A DNA stretch of 51,831 bases, the filler included, from Sphacelaria rigidula (Eukaryota): the NCBI GenBank assembly GCA_964200075.2. It is 4 parts of 4 records of this genome, joined end to end, with 100 filler letters (N's around TTAATTAATTAA, not from the genome) between each part and the next. Parts side by side here need not be neighbours in the genome. Positions count along the whole stretch, not along the records: positions 38,951 to 51,831 come from CAXNAA020003339.1; 3 more parts are not named here. One strand, 5' to 3'. Position numbers and translations under genes: made by a program. Below, one piece after another: positions 47,756 to 51,831 of the stretch. The first letter of the stretch is position 1. Each line of letters begins with the position of its first letter. Under the pieces are notes generated by a model. The model did not search any database. It was given only the letters and a program-made list of their open reading frames with translations, and was not told the DNA's origin.

Positions 47756-50700
47756 GTGAGGTTGTTCATCCTTCCGCTGTTGGGTTGGTTACTTTTGTTG
47801 GTGGTGCTGTTGGTGGTTGTAATTCTTGTTGTCTTCATATTAAAAATCCTTCGGATATCTGCGCGGTGCATTCGTACTGGGCATCTGATGCGGACGCCTT
47901 CCGTGGTCACAGGCTAGCAAAAACCAAAAACCGAAATAGACCCAGATTAAAATCCACAAAACGCGATACAAGCAAAACAGGGATAAATAATAAAGAAGAA
48001 AGAAGAGAGTACATATAGCTAACCTCACAAGATCCGGTGCCGCAGGTGGCGATCCGGACTTCAGGGGGTGGCATTCGGTTTTGCAACTCGACGCGCGACG
48101 CCAAGTAGAACATGGGGTCCGACTACGGGCGAGACCCAAGGCCCCGAATACCACCAACCAAAGAACTGAGAATCGTAAGGTTCCATCTTTCGGCCCCGCA
48201 AGGGACAGCCAAACGCACAAGCATACTAGGTGTATCAAGACAAGCACTGCATGACATAACGACACGTTTGTAGCTGTGCTATAATAGTAGTGCACTCTCA
48301 GTAGTTGTAAGAAGTTGTAGATATGCTTGTTGTAGTTGTTGTCGAGAGGCTGATACCCGGGATTTGACTTGCAACACTGCGAGCGTTGATGTCCTGTTCA
48401 CCTCGGCTTCATCCCTGGGGGATCAGCTAAGGTTCGACATCCAATCGATCGAATCAAGTCAAATGAAATGTAGGATTAAAAATAACATCGATGAATCGTC
48501 TCGAGGAAGAGGAGGGGTCACGGGAATGACGAGGCATCGAAAACGTTGCTAATGTTGTAATATCTTATGGTACCCTCCTGTTGTACCGACTGTTGGAGAT
48601 GCTAATCGAGGCCAAAACAATAAGGATGTTTTTTCGAAAGTGTGCAGGATTTTTCTATTGAAAAATCATACAAGCCAATGAGATGAGAGTGATCCGCCCA
48701 GTCGATCGGCAATAATTCGAATGGGCCGCCCGGTCGGTTGCGAAAAGATGCGCAGAAGTCCATCTGCACCCATTACACGCACACCTCCCTGCTTCATTGC
48801 ATAGCCCGTGCGGTCTGTTCATTCATTTTCACGTCAAAATTGTGACAGCGCAACACAGATGACCCACGGCGGGGGTGCCCGTCTGTATAAATCAAAACAA
48901 AGCCGATCGCAAACGTACAGTACAGTACAGTACAACAGTACAATGCTTTATTCTACAGTACAGTGTTGTCTTCTCTCTTCCACCCGCTGCCTCCATTCCG
49001 TTCGTCTATGGGTACCAACAAGGATCAGATTACACGACACGCTTCGACACCGTCATCCCTGCCTGCCTCCAGTTTCAAAAAACCGTCCTTGGGCTGTGGT
49101 GGGCATTCATTCTTGAAGTATACGAACACAACTGACCCATCATGAGGCGGCTGCCGTCTGTCTCAACATATAAAGCCGAAGTGCACCGTACAGCACAGTA
49201 CAGCGCAGTACAGTACAATGATATCTCCTCTGTGCCCCCCGACGCATTCCCCCTTCTTCTGTGGGTATCGTCGAGTATCGGATTACTCCTTCGGGGAGCG
49301 TCACCTCTTCCCGCCCGCTCTAAAAGTGACGCTTGATCGCCAGGGCGGTGTCTTGTGTTCATTTTTCAAGTAAAAATATCTGGAGACGGTCGCCTCTTTC
49401 ACCATAACCGGCTCTAAAGTTGAATTCTCCGATCTCCGATTGGGGAATTTGGGTTCTGCATTCACTTTTCAAGTAAAAAGTATGCCGATACAACATATGG
49501 CCGATCCTGGGGTGAGTGGGAAGATGAGTAACCATTGTCCGTGTATTCTCGACGAACAAGCTCAAGTCGCAGCGGACCGAGGCTGTAGAGACGATACGGC
49601 GAATATGGCGGTACCAATACAATCAACACTACAGGCGAAGAGGAGAGCATAATTTGGTCACCAGATTTTGTCTGTTCCAATACACGCAATGTTATTTACC
49701 TTGTGCGGCTGTGTACACAAGCGGCGGCGCTTTCCTCAACAGAAAATGTTTGAATGTATCATATCTGCACATGCACACGCACCGAACTAAAGTTACTCCG
49801 GGACCGATTCAGACCTGCTACCCGTCGTTTCCCCCCGAGCCCCCTTCTGGCTGTCATTATTCATTGTATTTTCACTTGCATTTATTGGGGACGGTGCGTT
49901 GCTCAGGACACTCCATCGAGTGATTAATTTATCCGGGCGTTTCTCCACGGTTACGTGCGCGATTCGAGCGCCGATTGTTGCATTGGGTGCTCACAATCCC
50001 AATGCATCACACTGCAGCGCCCATTTCAGGGCACGTACCGCGGTCAGATCAGTAAGCCGGAAATTATATACATCTTTTTCAGGTTTAAAGTATACGCCTT
50101 CAAAACGGGAGGATGAGGCCGCGGCTATGAAAATCATACTAATATTATGTGGTGCGTGTGGATGATCAGCAACAGGATGTAGGGTGTGAACAGGGAGCGT
50201 GTTGCCTGCGCGCGCGATCAACCCGTCAAGAGATTGGATTGTAGAAGTGTTCTTGGGTGGAGCAGTCCAGTACAAGAAAGGTGAAGGGGGATTCTTGTCT
50301 GTGGTCGTTATGGATTCCTCGAACATGCTGTTTAATTTTTTTCCCCGATTAGCAAGTCTAGCTGTCATCTCGTGGCCAAGCACCACTCGTTTCTATTTCG
50401 CCCGTGTCTTGTGAATTTCCTGTCTCGGCTACGATGCTTCGTTTGGGCGGTACAGCCTTGGCGGCCGGACCCATGTTCGTATTTTATGTGCATAAAGCTA
50501 ATGGCATTTCTCTCGTCTTCATTTTACGCCCTTGAAAATAATAGGTTGGCTTTTATCATCAGTCCGTCATCCTCCAGGCAGTTGTGGGCAAGATTATTCA
50601 ACGCTTTAGCGTACTTGCCGCAATGATAACTTCAGTACTGTCTTTACTTTTTCATGGATTTTGATCACTTGTCTCTGTACGCGTCATGTTCCGTACCGCC

Positions 50701-51184
50701 GTACCGCGTACATTGGGGCTCCCAGCATAGTGCGGTGGGTTGGCAACCATGTATGACCGCCCTTTACCGGGACCCTGCACAACAGAGGTACTACAGTGGT
50801 ATGGTGTAATTGCCTGGCATTGGAGTACATAGCAGATCGGGCTTATTTTAAGATGGTTTTGGCCACACTGTGGAAGAATCACGCTCTTTCGAGAATGATG
50901 TGATGTATGGTTGCTGCCAACGCCTCCATGCGTACTGAGGCTGTCACTCACCTTCCCCACGGTTCATCCTTCACTTTATTCATTACCCAGGACTGGATGA
51001 TGACTTTCGCAGCCCGTCGGATTTCATGGGATTGTTCAATTTGTTCCTGGTCACACTGTCGTTGGTTCTCACGTTGTCGGAGGACAGATACCATAGGAAG
51101 AAGTTGTAGTACTGGAATCCGAATCTACACAATCGGGGCGAACTTGAACCTGACTCGTCTCGTAACCACTCGAGTGTACTTACA

Positions 51185-51417
51185 ATCTCGCATTCCATAG
51201 CGTAAAGACCATTGACCTCGCATCCCTACAAAGCCGGGACGGAGCACACCGGGTTTCCGCCGGACCAGGCTCGCACTNNNNNNNNNTGTGCGGCCCGAAG
51301 CGTACTGATTATCTTGCATTTGGAGGACAGCCTCCGATGAGTTGCTTTATTTTTTGGTATCGCCACTTCCAGAGACAGCCACGGTTTATGCACTGCCTCA
51401 TGGGTGTCTCACCATTC
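51185..51417 (+). repeat. Multi-hairpin dispersed repeat family, copy D (contains a small N gap)
   Basis: GACCATTGACCTCGCATCCCTACAAAGCCGGGACGGAGCACACCGGG...TGATTATCTTGCATTTGG. Confidence 0.85.
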
Positions 51418-51490
51418 ACGGGGGTAGAGGGGGTAGAGTTTAGGGTTCGAATATCATCATACACCCCCACCCATGCGGTCGTGTGGAGCC

Positions 51491-51742
51491 CGTAACTGTC
51501 TCTGGAAGTGGCGATTGCAGAAAATGAAGCAACTACTTGGAGACTGTCGTCCATGTGCAAGATAATCAGTTCGCTTCGGGCCGAGCGATCATAGCAGGGT
51601 GCAATTCACCCTTCATGCGACTCGTTCAACCCATGACGGCGCTTCGCGCTTGGTGACTGCGAGCCTGGTTCGGCTAAAGCCCTGCGTGCTTCGTTCAGGC
51701 TTTGTGGGGATGCGAGAGCAAAGATCTGATGACTACGATATG
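51491..51742 (-). repeat. Multi-hairpin dispersed repeat family, copy E (inverted relative to D)
   Basis: TGCAAGATAATCAGT...TCACCCTTCATGCGACTCG...GCGAGCCTGG is the reverse complement of the family consensus. Confidence 0.85.
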
Positions 51743-51755
51743 AAACACCATGAGT

Positions 51756-51795
<40 letters not shown>

Positions 51796-51831
51796 CCGCG
51801 GCACATCGCGCCTCCTCCCGCCTGCCGCGGG

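Noticed and set aside
49590..49630. LVPPYSP as a Tc1/IS630 transposase motif
   Set aside because: It lacks the following DLNPIE and any upstream DD residues.
1..51831. Fanzor/TnpB, Cas, tyrosine recombinase or viral hallmark genes
   Set aside because: I saw no recognisable RuvC, HNH, RHRY or capsid/packaging motif sets in the ORF track or in the regions I translated by hand. Highly decayed copies cannot be excluded without an HMM search.

Overview
This window is eukaryotic and transposon-dense. It is most consistent with a brown alga (Phaeophyceae), inferred from the intron signals and my recollection of the repeat and retroelement families; this was not database-checked. It is stitched from contigs by artificial N44-TTAATTAATTAA-N44 linkers at 12885, 25868 and 38851. 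The main mobile elements are a decayed Ty3/Gypsy element on the minus strand (protease-RT-RNase H-integrase-chromodomain-like tail, about 19.2-25.8 kb) interrupted by two kinds of small inverted-repeat elements, a second Gypsy-like 3' end with PPT and LTR, a Copia RNase H remnant, three LINE remnants, two tRNA-derived SINE families and several foldback or MITE-like palindromes. It also contains a five-copy multi-hairpin repeat family and many minisatellites. One probable host gene is present: a spliced + strand gene (about 42.1-47.8 kb, 5' and 3' ends unresolved) encoding a long disordered region followed by RRM-like domains. The most unusual structure is a 1.7-kb array of a palindromic motif, CAATATATATTG-N6-CAATA, repeated every 42-43 bp with non-conserved spacers. 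It looks CRISPR-like in layout, but no cas genes are present and a protein-binding-site array is more likely. I found no intact novel protein system. Several decayed minus-strand coding-like stretches remain unidentified.
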